Source: a virus. Taken from it: 64,000 bases of DNA. Positions within the stretch are counted from its first letter, which is position 1; each line of letters starts with the position of its first letter. The DNA lies in IMG/VR virus record IMGVR_UViG_3300032245_000484, positions 2,689-66,688 of that record, one strand, 5' to 3'. Position numbers and translations under genes: made by a program. Positions 46,326 to 55,664 of this stretch are shown here, one piece after another. The notes under the pieces are model-generated. The model was not told where the DNA came from, did not search any database, and was given only the letters and a program-made list of their open reading frames with translations.

Positions 46326-48005
46326 ATGGCATTTGAACTTTTTGGTTATTCCCTCAGCCGCACTGGCAAAATAGCCCCAACGGAGAAACAGGAGGATGTA
46401 ACAGCAAACACATCGTTTGCTCCTCCTCAGTACGACGATGGGGCTTTGCCTGTTACATCTGGTGTCTATTTCAGTTCATACATGGATTTCGATGGTGGCA
46501 TCAAGGCTACCAGCGACATGATCCGCAAATACCGCGAGATGTCTCTCTACCCCGAGGTGGAGATGGCAATCGCGGATATCTGCGATGAGTCAATCGTCTA
46601 TGACGAGACAAAGAGACCCGTCGAGATCCATGTGGATGACAAGCGCATCTCTCCGAAGATCAAGGGAAAGATTGCGGATGAGTTCGATGAGATCCTTCGT
46701 CTGCTGAAGTTTCAGGACAAGGGATATGAGATATTCCGAAAGTGGTACATCGACGGAAGGCTCTACTACCATAAGATCATCGACAAGGAAAACCCTAAGA
46801 AGGGTCTTGTGGAACTCCGTCCCGTCGAGGCAACGAACATCCGCAAGGTTCGCAATGTAGTCAAGAAGAAGGATCAGAAGACGGGCGCGGATCTCGTTGC
46901 CAAGGTCGATGAGTTCTTCATCTACAACGAGCGCGAGGAAACAGTCACATCGACTGCGGCATATGCACCTGCCACGCCACTCAAGGGTGTCAGGATCGCC
47001 ACAGATTCAATCTGCTATGTCCATAGCGGTCTGTTCGACGGAGGAAAGAGAAGAGTCCTCTCATACATCCACAAGGCACTGAAGCCAATGAATCAGTTGA
47101 AGATGGTCGAGGATGCCCTCGTCATCTATCGCATGGCTCGCGCACCCGAGCGCAGGGTGTTCTATGTGGATGTTGGAAACCTCCCCAAGGCAAAGGCAGA
47201 GCAGTACCTCAAGGAGATCATGAACCGCTATCGCAACAAGTTGGTGTATGATGCATCGACGGGCGAGATGCGCGATGAGCGCAAGCACATGACGATGCTT
47301 GAGGACTTCTGGATGCCTCGTCGCGAAGGCGGCAAGGGAACTGAAGTCAGCACCCTGCCAGGTGGTCAAAACCTTGGTCAGATGGACGATGTCCTCTACT
47401 TTCAGAAGAAACTATACAAGTCCCTGAATGTTCCGATCTCCCGTCTTGAGACCGATCAGAACGGCTTCAACATGGGTCGTCAGGCAGAGATCACCCGCGA
47501 CGAACTGAAGTTCTTCAGGTTCATCGAGCGTCTTCGCAAGAAGTTCTCCGATCTGTTTGCGGAACTCCTCAAGACCCAGTTGATCCTCAAGGGAGTCATC
47601 ACCAAGGACGATTGGGAGTCGATCCACCCGAACATTCGCTTCGATTTCCGCAAGGATTCCTACTTCACGGAAGCCAAGGAAAACGAGATGCTCAACACCA
47701 GAATGACTCTGGTTGCTGCGGCAGATCCGTACTTGGGCAAGTATTTCTCCAAGAAGTTCATTCAGAAGAAGATCCTCCGCTTGTCGGACGACGAGATTGC
47801 GGACATCGATGCAGAGATCGATTCGGAGAAGGCAGAGGATCCGAACAATGTGCTGCCGACTCAGATCACCACTCAGGCAACCACTCAGCAGATGACTGGC
47901 GACATACAGAATCAGCAGCAGTTGCAGCAGCAGCAGGATCAGGCACAACTACAGGCTCAGATGCCTCAGCCCGAAGAAACCCCCGCAAAGAAGCCAAAAC
48001 GATAA
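46326..48005 (+). CDS. gp20: portal vertex protein
   Basis: YR.M...PE...AI.DI..E, FR.WY.DGR, LSY.HKA.K..NQL.M.ED..VIYR..RAPERRVFY.DVGNLPK.KAEQY, EDFW.PRREGG.GTE. Confidence 0.97.
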   Translation: MAFELFGYSLSRTGKIAPTEKQEDVTANTSFAPPQYDDGALPVTSGVYFSSYMDFDGGIKATSDMIRKYREMSLYPEVEMAIADICDESIVYDETKRPVEIHVDDKRISPKIKGKIADEFDEILRLLKFQDKGYEIFRKWYIDGRLYYHKIIDKENPKKGLVELRPVEATNIRKVRNVVKKKDQKTGADLVAKVDEFFIYNEREETVTSTAAYAPATPLKGVRIATDSICYVHSGLFDGGKRRVLSYIHKALKPMNQLKMVEDALVIYRMARAPERRVFYVDVGNLPKAKAEQYLKEIMNRYRNKLVYDASTGEMRDERKHMTMLEDFWMPRREGGKGTEVSTLPGGQNLGQMDDVLYFQKKLYKSLNVPISRLETDQNGFNMGRQAEITRDELKFFRFIERLRKKFSDLFAELLKTQLILKGVITKDDWESIHPNIRFDFRKDSYFTEAKENEMLNTRMTLVAAADPYLGKYFSKKFIQKKILRLSDDEIADIDAEIDSEKAEDPNNVLPTQITTQATTQQMTGDIQNQQQLQQQQDQAQLQAQMPQPEETPAKKPKR

Positions 48006-48008
48006 ATA
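48002..48008 (+). promoter_or_regulatory. late promoter ATAAATA
   Basis: Overlaps the gp20 stop, upstream of the prohead core gene. Confidence 0.6.
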
Positions 48009-48029
48009 TCATTATCCACGGAGAATACC

Positions 48030-48356
48030 ATGAGTACACCACACGACCTGATCAGAGCAATCGTTGACGAAGACTTCGTCGCTGCCAAGGAAATCACGAA
48101 CAACCTCGTATTTGCAGCAGTTTCAGATGAACTTGAAGTTGCCAAGATGGAAGTCGCGGCAAACCTCTTTGATGATTGTGAAACTTGTGGCGACGATGTG
48201 AACGAAGAACTTGCCAAAGCAGATTTTGACAGAGATGGAAAGCGCGAGACTCCCCAGGCTGAAGTCCACGGCTCCCACATCAATGCCGCAGTCAAGGCAG
48301 GAAGACTTACACCAAGTGCTGCTTCCAAGACCAAGAACAAGGGTAAGTACCGCTAA
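48030..48356 (+). CDS. prohead core protein (gp67/gp68-like)
   Basis: Located between gp20 and gp21; LI.AI...D...A helical N-terminus, acidic then basic halves; DFDRDG loop. Confidence 0.6.
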   Translation: MSTPHDLIRAIVDEDFVAAKEITNNLVFAAVSDELEVAKMEVAANLFDDCETCGDDVNEELAKADFDRDGKRETPQAEVHGSHINAAVKAGRLTPSAASKTKNKGKYR

Positions 48357-48367
48357 AGGAGCCACAG

Positions 48368-49015
48368 ATGCTACTGTTCACCGAACACACTGAAGATAAC
48401 ATCCAAACCCTCACCGAAGATGCTGGTGGTGGTAAGAAGAACTACTACATCCGTGGCATCTTCATGCAGTCCGAGCAGGTCAACAAGAACGGTCGCATCT
48501 ACCCCGCTGCCATCATGGAGCGCGAGGTCGAGAAGTACAACAACGACTACATCAAGACCAACCGTTCTCTCGGAGAAATGGGTCACCCACAGGGACCAAG
48601 CCTGAACCTAGACCGCATTTCCCATCTCATCAAGGAGATGAAGATGGACGGAAACACGGTCTATGGCAAGGCAAAGATCCTTGATACCCCATATGGAAAC
48701 ATCGTCAAGAACCTCATCGATGAGGGTGTTCGTCTTGGCGTTTCCTCGCGCGGAATGGGTTCCCTCAAGCAGGTCAACGGCGTGAACGAGGTGCAGGATG
48801 ATTTCAATCTTGCCACCGTCGATATCGTTGCCGATCCCTCTGCACCCAATGCTTTCGTAAACGGCATCATGGAAGGCAAGGAATGGGTCTGGAACAACGG
48901 AGTCCTTGCTGAGAGGCACATTGCCTCCTATAAGAATACCATCAAGAAGGCTTCTTCCAGGAAACTAGAAGAAGCAAAACTAGAGGTCTTTAGGGACTTC
49001 ATATCCAAACTATAA
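48368..49015 (+). CDS. gp21: prohead protease
   Basis: I.GIFMQ....N.NGR.YP, R..GE.GHP, GKAKIL.TP.G, LGVSSRG.GSL, DIVADPSAP.AFV. Confidence 0.96.
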   Translation: MLLFTEHTEDNIQTLTEDAGGGKKNYYIRGIFMQSEQVNKNGRIYPAAIMEREVEKYNNDYIKTNRSLGEMGHPQGPSLNLDRISHLIKEMKMDGNTVYGKAKILDTPYGNIVKNLIDEGVRLGVSSRGMGSLKQVNGVNEVQDDFNLATVDIVADPSAPNAFVNGIMEGKEWVWNNGVLAERHIASYKNTIKKASSRKLEEAKLEVFRDFISKL

Positions 49016-49019
49016 CTTT

Positions 49020-49027
49020 TATACATA
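49020..49027 (+). promoter_or_regulatory. late promoter variant TATACATA upstream of gp22
   Basis: One mismatch to TATAAATA; intergenic; followed by an AAGGAG RBS. Confidence 0.6.
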
Positions 49028-49049
49028 TGGGAAGATAAAGGAGATTCTA

Positions 49050-50192
49050 ATGCCACAGCCCGAAGAGTTTTTCGAAGAAGAAGAAATCCTTGCAGATGAT
49101 GCCGCCATCAACGAAGAAGAGATTGATGAGGACGAGGTCATCGAAGAGGACGAAGACGAACTAGACCTTGAGGATGAATCCGACGAGGATTTTGCCGACG
49201 AGGACGAAGAAGAACTCATCGATGAGGACGAAGAGTCTGACGATGAGGATGATGTCAGCGAGGAGTATGAGGTTGTTGCCAACAGCGACACCGACAAGGA
49301 CTATTCGGGCAAGGGTCCGAAGATGTGGGATGCTCCCGCAGATAAGTCCGGTACCAACAAGGCAACCATCGCTGGCAAGGCTCCCTTCAAGGGCAAGGCA
49401 AAGATTCCAGACAAGAGCGACTTCACCATGAAGGAGCATATGTCTGCGATGTTCGAAGGAGAGGAACTCTCCGAGGACTTCAAGACCAAGGCAAGCGCAG
49501 TCTTCGAAGCAGCCATCAGCGAGCGTTACGATGCAATCGTTGAGCGTCTTGAAGAGGCTTACGAGCAGACCATCGAAGAGAACACCGCAAAGATCCTTGA
49601 TGAACTCTCGTCTCGCGTCAATGACTACATCTCGTACATTGCCGAGGAATGGCTCAAGGAAAACCGTCTCGTAGTCGAGAGTGGCATCAAGACCGAGATC
49701 GCAGAGAACTTCCTCAATGGAATGCGCGACATCTTTGAGCAGAACTACATTCAGGTTCCCGAAGAGAAGGTCGATCTCGTCTCTGAAATGGAAGAAGAGA
49801 ACGAGGAACTCCGCAACGAGGTCAATGAGCAGGTCAACGAGAACATCGAACTCAAGAAGCAGATCGTCGCACTCCGTTGCGATGACATCTTCGAGTCCTA
49901 CTGCGATGGTCTAGCCGATACTCAGGTCGAGAAACTCCGTACCCTTGCAGAGGGCATTGAGTTCGACTCGGAGGAACTCTTTGAAGAGAAGTTGTCCGTC
50001 CTCAAGGAATCATACTTCGGAAACGCTCGTCGTATCCGCAAGCCAGCATCTGCTTCTATGGATCTCGTTGAGGAAATCGTCCTAGACAGCGGCGAGACCG
50101 AAGAGAATCTTCAGGAACAGGAAACATCAATCAATCCAATCATGCAGAACTATACTTCTGCACTTTCACGCAAGGGTCTAACAAACAGGTAA
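49050..50192 (+). CDS. gp22: prohead core scaffold protein
   Basis: Very acidic N-terminus, LSEDFK.KA..VFEAA, Y..Y....W..EN, G.K.E..E.F..G, KESYF. Confidence 0.93.
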   Translation: MPQPEEFFEEEEILADDAAINEEEIDEDEVIEEDEDELDLEDESDEDFADEDEEELIDEDEESDDEDDVSEEYEVVANSDTDKDYSGKGPKMWDAPADKSGTNKATIAGKAPFKGKAKIPDKSDFTMKEHMSAMFEGEELSEDFKTKASAVFEAAISERYDAIVERLEEAYEQTIEENTAKILDELSSRVNDYISYIAEEWLKENRLVVESGIKTEIAENFLNGMRDIFEQNYIQVPEEKVDLVSEMEEENEELRNEVNEQVNENIELKKQIVALRCDDIFESYCDGLADTQVEKLRTLAEGIEFDSEELFEEKLSVLKESYFGNARRIRKPASASMDLVEEIVLDSGETEENLQEQETSINPIMQNYTSALSRKGLTNR

Positions 50193-50220
50193 TCCCTGTT
50201 ACATTTAAGGAGACACAGAA

Positions 50221-51678
50221 ATGGGAACTTTTTCACTAGTAGAACAACTTGAGCATAAGTGGCAGCCTGTGCTTGAACACAGCAGCCTGTCCCCCGTTCA
50301 GGACAACTATCGTCGCGCAGTCACCTCCATTCTTCTTGAGAATGAAGAACAGGCACTCCGCGAAGATTCTTCTCTCGCAAACTCAGCAGGAACTGGTCTT
50401 AACTACAGCACCTCCAGCGGTCTTGCAGGTTACGATCCAATCCTCATCGCACTCGTTCGCCGTGCAATGCCAAACCTAATGGCATACGATGTTGCATCGG
50501 TTCAGCCAATGACCTCACCAACAGGATTGATCTTCGCAATGAAGTCAACCTACAGTGTAGGTACTCGTACTTCTGGTCCCGAAGCACTCTACAAGGAAGC
50601 ATATACGAGATTCTCGGGTATTTCCTACGGTGCAGGACTTACTGGTGTCACTCCCGAATTCAGCATGGCTGGAGATCCCCTCACAGGCATCGTCTCGGCA
50701 ACTTCGGTCACTGCAACCGGTGGCTGGGCACCATATGGTGGTATGGAGCGTCAGATTGCGGAAGCACTCGGTGAAGGTGGAACAACCTCCGGCGACTTCA
50801 ACTCAATGGCATTCACCATTGATCGTGCAGCCGTCACTGCAAGGACTCGCGCACTCAAGGCAGAGTACACCATCGAACTCGCTCAGGATCTCAAGGCTAT
50901 CCACGGCTTGGATGCTGAGACCGAACTCGCCAACATTCTCAGCACCGAAATCCTTGCTGAAATCAACCGCGAAGTCGTTCGTTCGATCTATGCAACCGCT
51001 AAACTCGGCGCACAGCACACCGACCTCAAGTACAATTCAACCAACGGAACCAGTTATCAGTTTGGTGGTACTGCTAACCCAATCACTGTCGGCGGTGTCT
51101 ATGACCTCCTCTATGATTCGGATGGTCGTTGGTCGGCTGAGAAGTTCCGTGGTCTCATGTTCCAGATTGAGCGCGAAGCCAATGTGATTGCCAAGGATAC
51201 CCGCCGTGGCAAGGGTAACTTCATCATCTGCTCGTCCGATGTTGCATCGGCACTTGCAATGGGTGGTTTCCTCAATGTCAGCCCAGCACTCAATGTCAAC
51301 CTTGATGTCGATGACACTGGCAACACCTTCGTCGGTGTTCTCAATGGCAAGATCAAGGTCTATGTTGACCCATACTCGGGTGTCGGCATCAACACCAGTG
51401 CCCGCGACTTCGTGTGCGTTGGATACAAGGGAACCTCGCCATATGACGCCGGTCTCTTCTACTGCCCTTACATCCCACTACAGATGGTCCGTGCAATCAA
51501 TCCGAACACTTTCCAGCCAAAGATCGGATTCAAGACTCGCTACGGAATGGCAGTCAACCCCTTCAACAACACCACGGATGTTTCGATTGCTTCGAACTAC
51601 CGTAACAACATCTACTACCGCATCTTCCGCGTCGATAACCTCCACGGTATCAATGCCAACTCTCAGTCGGCTGGCTGA
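50221..51678 (+). CDS. gp23: major capsid protein
   Basis: KW.P.L, DP.LI.LVRRAMPNL.A.D...VQPM..PTGLIFAM, RALKAEYT.ELAQDLKA.HGLDAE.EL.NILS.EI..EINRE, YDAG.FYCPY.PL, FQPKIGFKTRYG. Confidence 0.98.
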   Translation: MGTFSLVEQLEHKWQPVLEHSSLSPVQDNYRRAVTSILLENEEQALREDSSLANSAGTGLNYSTSSGLAGYDPILIALVRRAMPNLMAYDVASVQPMTSPTGLIFAMKSTYSVGTRTSGPEALYKEAYTRFSGISYGAGLTGVTPEFSMAGDPLTGIVSATSVTATGGWAPYGGMERQIAEALGEGGTTSGDFNSMAFTIDRAAVTARTRALKAEYTIELAQDLKAIHGLDAETELANILSTEILAEINREVVRSIYATAKLGAQHTDLKYNSTNGTSYQFGGTANPITVGGVYDLLYDSDGRWSAEKFRGLMFQIEREANVIAKDTRRGKGNFIICSSDVASALAMGGFLNVSPALNVNLDVDDTGNTFVGVLNGKIKVYVDPYSGVGINTSARDFVCVGYKGTSPYDAGLFYCPYIPLQMVRAINPNTFQPKIGFKTRYGMAVNPFNNTTDVSIASNYRNNIYYRIFRVDNLHGINANSQSAG

Positions 51679-51705
51679 TAGTTGAAGTGCAGTAACTAAG
51701 CAAAG

Positions 51706-51738
51706 GTCGGGGGGAGAAATCCCCCCGACTTTCTTTTT
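51706..51738 (+). terminator. rho-independent terminator after gp23
   Basis: GTCGGGGGGA-GAAA-TCCCCCCGAC, a perfect 10-bp stem with GNRA loop, followed by TTTCTTTTT. Confidence 0.9.
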
Positions 51739-51742
51739 AGGA

Positions 51743-51749
51743 ATACATA
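51743..51749 (+). promoter_or_regulatory. late promoter variant ATACATA for gp3
   Basis: Immediately after the terminator; the gp3 ATG begins 6 nt after its last base. Confidence 0.6.
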
Positions 51750-51754
51750 ATGAT

Positions 51755-52303
51755 ATGAGCGAATACAACATACCACAGATCAATCAGGAGGGCTTGAGTT
51801 ACAATGTTCTCGCAAGGCAGCCTGATACCACCAATCCGATGCTCAACACGAACTTCAAGTTTGAGTTGCTTCGGTTGCCAAATGTATCCTTTTGGTGTAC
51901 TGCTGCAAATGTTCCTTCAGTCAACATAGGCAGCGTGGCAGTTCAGAACATGTTCGTATCGCACCATGTTCCTGGTTCATCGATTGAGATGGATGACTTG
52001 AAGTTGTCCTTCATCGTTGACGAGGAGTTCTCCAACTGGAACGAGATATACAAATGGATGCGCGGATTGCTCCCATTCGAGAACTTTCGCGAGATAATCA
52101 GCAATACCGAAAACTATTATTCGGATGGAGTGGTCTATTGCCTCAACAATGCAAAACAGCCACATATCCGTATCGTCTATAAGAAACTTCTTCCCGTCTC
52201 TCTTGATGGATTCGATCTCAATGCAGCACTCAATGACAGCGATCCCATCACGGTGAATGTAAGGTTCAAATATGAATCTTTTGATGTCGAGAAGGTCACT
52301 TGA
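51755..52303 (+). CDS. gp3: tail tube terminator / tail completion protein
   Basis: N......F.F...RLP.V.F.C...N.P....G, L...F.VDE...NW.EI..W...L, P.SL; standard position after gp23. Confidence 0.85.
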   Translation: MSEYNIPQINQEGLSYNVLARQPDTTNPMLNTNFKFELLRLPNVSFWCTAANVPSVNIGSVAVQNMFVSHHVPGSSIEMDDLKLSFIVDEEFSNWNEIYKWMRGLLPFENFREIISNTENYYSDGVVYCLNNAKQPHIRIVYKKLLPVSLDGFDLNAALNDSDPITVNVRFKYESFDVEKVT

Positions 52304-52327
52304 CTTGATCTGAATCTCTAGTATAGT
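52300..52327 (+). promoter_or_regulatory. sigma70-type promoter for uvsY, probably leaderless
   Basis: TTGACT (52300-52305), 16 nt spacer, TATAGT (52322-52327); ATG at 52335 with no SD. Confidence 0.6.
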
Positions 52328-52334
52328 CTTCGTC

Positions 52335-52769
52335 ATGGACATCGAAACAATCAAGAAGATGGTCGAGAAAGACATGGAGATCGATGATCTCAACCTCGAC
52401 CTTGAGTCGTTGAAGACTCCACAACTCCACGGCAAGTATCTAAACCTATTGCACGACGAATCGCTTGTCCTGCACAAGTATCTCATTGAGCAGAAGGAGA
52501 TGCGTAGGCTGAAGTGGGAATACTATCTTGGAAAGTTGGATCAGGAGACCCTTGATGAGAAGGGTTGGCAACCATTTGGGCTGAAGATCCTCCGAACAGA
52601 CATCGATGTCTATCTTGAGTCTGACAAGGATCTCCTGCGCCTTGAGGCTCGCGTACACTATCAGCGCGAGAAGGTGAAGTACCTTGAGTCCGTGCTGCAA
52701 GGTCTTGGTCGCCGTGGTTGGGACATCAAGTCTGCCATAGAGTGGAAGAAGTTCATGAGCGGATCATGA
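52335..52769 (+). CDS. uvsY: recombination mediator
   Basis: D..ID...L..ESL..P.LH.KYL, K.EYY.GK, D...Y...D, R.W.IK.AIEW.KF..G. Confidence 0.92.
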   Translation: MDIETIKKMVEKDMEIDDLNLDLESLKTPQLHGKYLNLLHDESLVLHKYLIEQKEMRRLKWEYYLGKLDQETLDEKGWQPFGLKILRTDIDVYLESDKDLLRLEARVHYQREKVKYLESVLQGLGRRGWDIKSAIEWKKFMSGS

Positions 52770-53266
52770 AGATCGTAACCGAAGGCATTCATCGCGTATA
52801 TCTCCGTCAGGCATATATCCATGCTCAGGCACGGAGTCAGGATACCAACACACAGAACGGAGCATTGATCATTTTCCCCTCATCGGGGATCATTGCGGCT
52901 GATGCGAACCGCTATCCATCCATTCGCGAGACCGAATCAGATCCGAAGTACGACTACATCGAACATGCAGAGAGATCGGTGATCTACAAGTGTGCAAGCA
53001 AAGGTCTTACTACCTTGAACACACACCTATATGCACCTTTCATAATCTGCCCAGACTGCTCAAGGGCTGTGGTTCTATCGGGTATACGCCGAGTGGTTGG
53101 TCATAAGACCATATGGGACAAGACTCCCGAGAGATGGAAGGAAAAATGCAATATTGGAATCAATATCCTTGAGAGCGCAGGAGTGGAAGTCCTGCTGTTC
53201 GACGGCAAGGTATTGAACGATGGAGAGTTCAAGATTAGGTTCAATGGAGAAGACATGGAACCATAA
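52766..53266 (+). CDS. dCMP deaminase-like protein
   Basis: S.D..TQ.GA, KY...EHAER..IY, C.DC..A...SGI..VV; start placed at the ATGA overlap with uvsY. Confidence 0.8.
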   Translation: MKIVTEGIHRVYLRQAYIHAQARSQDTNTQNGALIIFPSSGIIAADANRYPSIRETESDPKYDYIEHAERSVIYKCASKGLTTLNTHLYAPFIICPDCSRAVVLSGIRRVVGHKTIWDKTPERWKEKCNIGINILESAGVEVLLFDGKVLNDGEFKIRFNGEDMEP

Positions 53267-53269
53267 ATA
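53263..53269 (+). promoter_or_regulatory. late promoter ATAAATA for uvsW
   Basis: The uvsW ATG begins 6 nt after its last base; no SD. Confidence 0.6.
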
Positions 53270-53274
53270 TCTGC

Positions 53275-54765
53275 ATGGATACATTGGTTCTTGAAGATGT
53301 TGATTCCGTGTTTATCCGTGTGCGATGTGAGAGGGGAACTGCCAAGGAGTTGAGCGACTGCTTCTCCTTCAAGGTTCCAAACCACAAGTACATGTCCCGC
53401 TTCCGCAAGACGCGATGGAGTGGCGACATCAAACTATACAACATAGGCAAGGCAACGATCTACCGAGGGCTGAAGAACTATGTCACCAAGTTCGCAGCGG
53501 ATCGCGGCTATCATGTCGAGAACAACCTGACACCGACTCCCAATATCCCGCTCAGTCCGGACAATGTAGATACATTGTTTGAACGATGCGTGGGAAAGGC
53601 ATCAGGGATTCCTTCGCTCCATGACCACCAGCGGGATGCCATCGTCAAGGCAACAGAAACATCTAGAATCCTCCTGGTGTCTCCGACAGGCAGCGGCAAG
53701 TCGATGATCATCTACCTGCTGGTGAGGCATCTGCTTGAGAATACGGATGGCAAGATACTCATCGTGGTTCCCACCATCGGTCTTGTCACGCAGATGGCAA
53801 GCGACTTCGAGAACTATGCCAAAGGAACAGACTGGAAGGTATCGAAGAACTGCCATGCAATCTATGCAGGGCAGGACAAGGACACGAACAAGCGCATCGT
53901 CATCACTACCTGGCAGTCCATCTTCAAGCAACCTCGCTCCTGGTTCGATCAGTTCTCCGCAGCATTCGGGGACGAGTGCCACATGTTCAAGGCAAAATCC
54001 CTGAGCGGCATCATGGAGAAACTCGTCAACTGCAACCATAGAATCGGAACAACAGGTACTCTTGACGGAATGCAATCGCATAAGTTGATCATCGAAGGTC
54101 TCTTTGGTCCTTCGTATCATGTGACCTCGACAAAGAAACTCATCGACAAGAACATCCTCTCAAGCCTCAAGATCGATGCAATCCTTCTCCAATACAACGA
54201 GGAAGATCGACGCACGATGAGCAAGCATAACTATAGTGACGAGATGCTGTGGCTCGTCCACAATGCCAAGAGAAACAAGTTCATAACGGATCTCGCGCAT
54301 ACGCTCAAGGGAAACACGCTTATTCTGTTTCAGTATGTCGAGAAGCATGGAAAGGTTCTATATGATCTCGCGAAGGAAACTGACAAGAGAAAGGTCTTCT
54401 TTGTGCATGGTGGGACGGATGTGGAGGATCGCGAGGCTGTACGCAAGATCCTTGAAGAGAACGATTCGTGCATTGTGGTGGCGTCTTACGGGACATTCTC
54501 GACGGGGATCTCAATAAAGAGATTGCACAACATCATATTTGCCTCACCGAGCAAGTCTAGGATTCGGGTATTGCAGTCGATTGGTAGGCAACTGCGTGTT
54601 TCGGAACACAAGCAGTTCGCAAAGTTGTACGATATTGGAGATGATCTATCATGGAAGACAAGAAAGAATCACACTCTTCGTCATTTCTCCGAAAGAATCA
54701 AAATCTATCGGTCGGAAAAATTCGAGTTTCGACCGATCATCCTAAAGATGGAGAACCTCCAATGA
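53275..54765 (+). CDS. uvsW: SF2 DNA/RNA helicase
   Basis: F.F.VP, W.G.I.L, SPTGSGKS, TWQS, GDECH, GTTGT, SYGTFSTG, SPSKS.IR.LQSIGR.LR. Confidence 0.96.
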   Translation: MDTLVLEDVDSVFIRVRCERGTAKELSDCFSFKVPNHKYMSRFRKTRWSGDIKLYNIGKATIYRGLKNYVTKFAADRGYHVENNLTPTPNIPLSPDNVDTLFERCVGKASGIPSLHDHQRDAIVKATETSRILLVSPTGSGKSMIIYLLVRHLLENTDGKILIVVPTIGLVTQMASDFENYAKGTDWKVSKNCHAIYAGQDKDTNKRIVITTWQSIFKQPRSWFDQFSAAFGDECHMFKAKSLSGIMEKLVNCNHRIGTTGTLDGMQSHKLIIEGLFGPSYHVTSTKKLIDKNILSSLKIDAILLQYNEEDRRTMSKHNYSDEMLWLVHNAKRNKFITDLAHTLKGNTLILFQYVEKHGKVLYDLAKETDKRKVFFVHGGTDVEDREAVRKILEENDSCIVVASYGTFSTGISIKRLHNIIFASPSKSRIRVLQSIGRQLRVSEHKQFAKLYDIGDDLSWKTRKNHTLRHFSERIKIYRSEKFEFRPIILKMENLQ

Positions 54766-55508
54766 AGGACTATATCCTCATCAAGTTGAGATCGGGCGAG
54801 GAGTTGATCGCCAGCATCACGGGCAAGAACCGCACGAACATCAAGGTTCTCCGTCCAATGCAGATCCGACAGGTTCCGTTTGTCGATCCGAAATCGGGTT
54901 CGCTCAGGGCTGCTGTCGTGATGGAGAACTGGATTGGTAGGACGAATGAGAATGAAGTCACTATCCCGAACAACTGGGTCGGCATCAAGATGGCTCCTTC
55001 TCAGGAAGCCATCGATGCATACGAGAAGTACATCAAGGAAGAAGATGTTCCTACCTCCGCACCAGCGGTGAAGAATGAGGATCCTCCGCTTACTGCGAAG
55101 GAAGAGGAGGACTTCAAGCGTCTAGAGGATGAGATGAACAAGATGCTCATGGAGATGACATCTGCTGCCGGACTCCCCCCACAGACCGTGGAGGGGATGG
55201 ATTCCTTCATGAAGGGTTCCTCCTTCGACAAGGAGAGCAAGGAATCGGTTATCGTCAACTTCATGTTCCCTGCGAATGTCTTCAAGAACATGATGGAGGA
55301 TGGTCTGATTGAGGATTTCCTCACCGCAGGAATGTATCCTGATGACAATGGTGACGATTCCGAAGAGGATCTTGAGGACGATGTCGATTTCACCAAGGAT
55401 AAGCCAAGGAAGATCCGAGAGAACGACATCAACATGAAGGAGAAGGGTGATGAGTCTTGGGGGAATAGTTACAGGGATTGGAGTTCCAATCCTAGTGACT
55501 ACCTCTAA
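54762..55508 (+). CDS. conserved T4-like hypothetical protein (Sm-like N-terminus, acidic C-terminus)
   Basis: IKL.SGEELIA motif; located between uvsW and gp55; start placed at the ATGA overlap. Confidence 0.65.
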   Translation: MKDYILIKLRSGEELIASITGKNRTNIKVLRPMQIRQVPFVDPKSGSLRAAVVMENWIGRTNENEVTIPNNWVGIKMAPSQEAIDAYEKYIKEEDVPTSAPAVKNEDPPLTAKEEEDFKRLEDEMNKMLMEMTSAAGLPPQTVEGMDSFMKGSSFDKESKESVIVNFMFPANVFKNMMEDGLIEDFLTAGMYPDDNGDDSEEDLEDDVDFTKDKPRKIRENDINMKEKGDESWGNSYRDWSSNPSDYL

Positions 55509-55608
55509 GTAATCTCTAAGAACACCTCTTGATGAAACATGACACACTCAAGTTACCTATTTCGTTTTCGCCTGTCAACAACAATCCAGTAGAATCTAAA
55601 GTGCCTCC

Positions 55609-55636
55609 TTGCTTTCATACAAAAGCCGTGTAGTAT
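55609..55636 (+). promoter_or_regulatory. sigma70-type promoter for gp55
   Basis: TTGCTT, 16 nt spacer, TAGTAT; followed by an AAGGAG RBS. Confidence 0.45.
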
Positions 55637-55664
55637 ATTCGCACAGGCAAAGGAGATACCATGA

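Noticed and set aside
47860-47970. CAG-rich run at the end of the portal gene
   Set aside because: Low-complexity Gln-rich tail; variable C-termini are common in gp20.
49060-49270. GAR/GAY-rich repetitive DNA at the start of gp22
   Set aside because: It encodes the ordinary acidic N-terminus of the scaffold protein; not an array or satellite.
50184-50200. AACAGG/CCTGTT hairpin upstream of gp23
   Set aside because: Only 6 bp with no U-tract; too weak to call.
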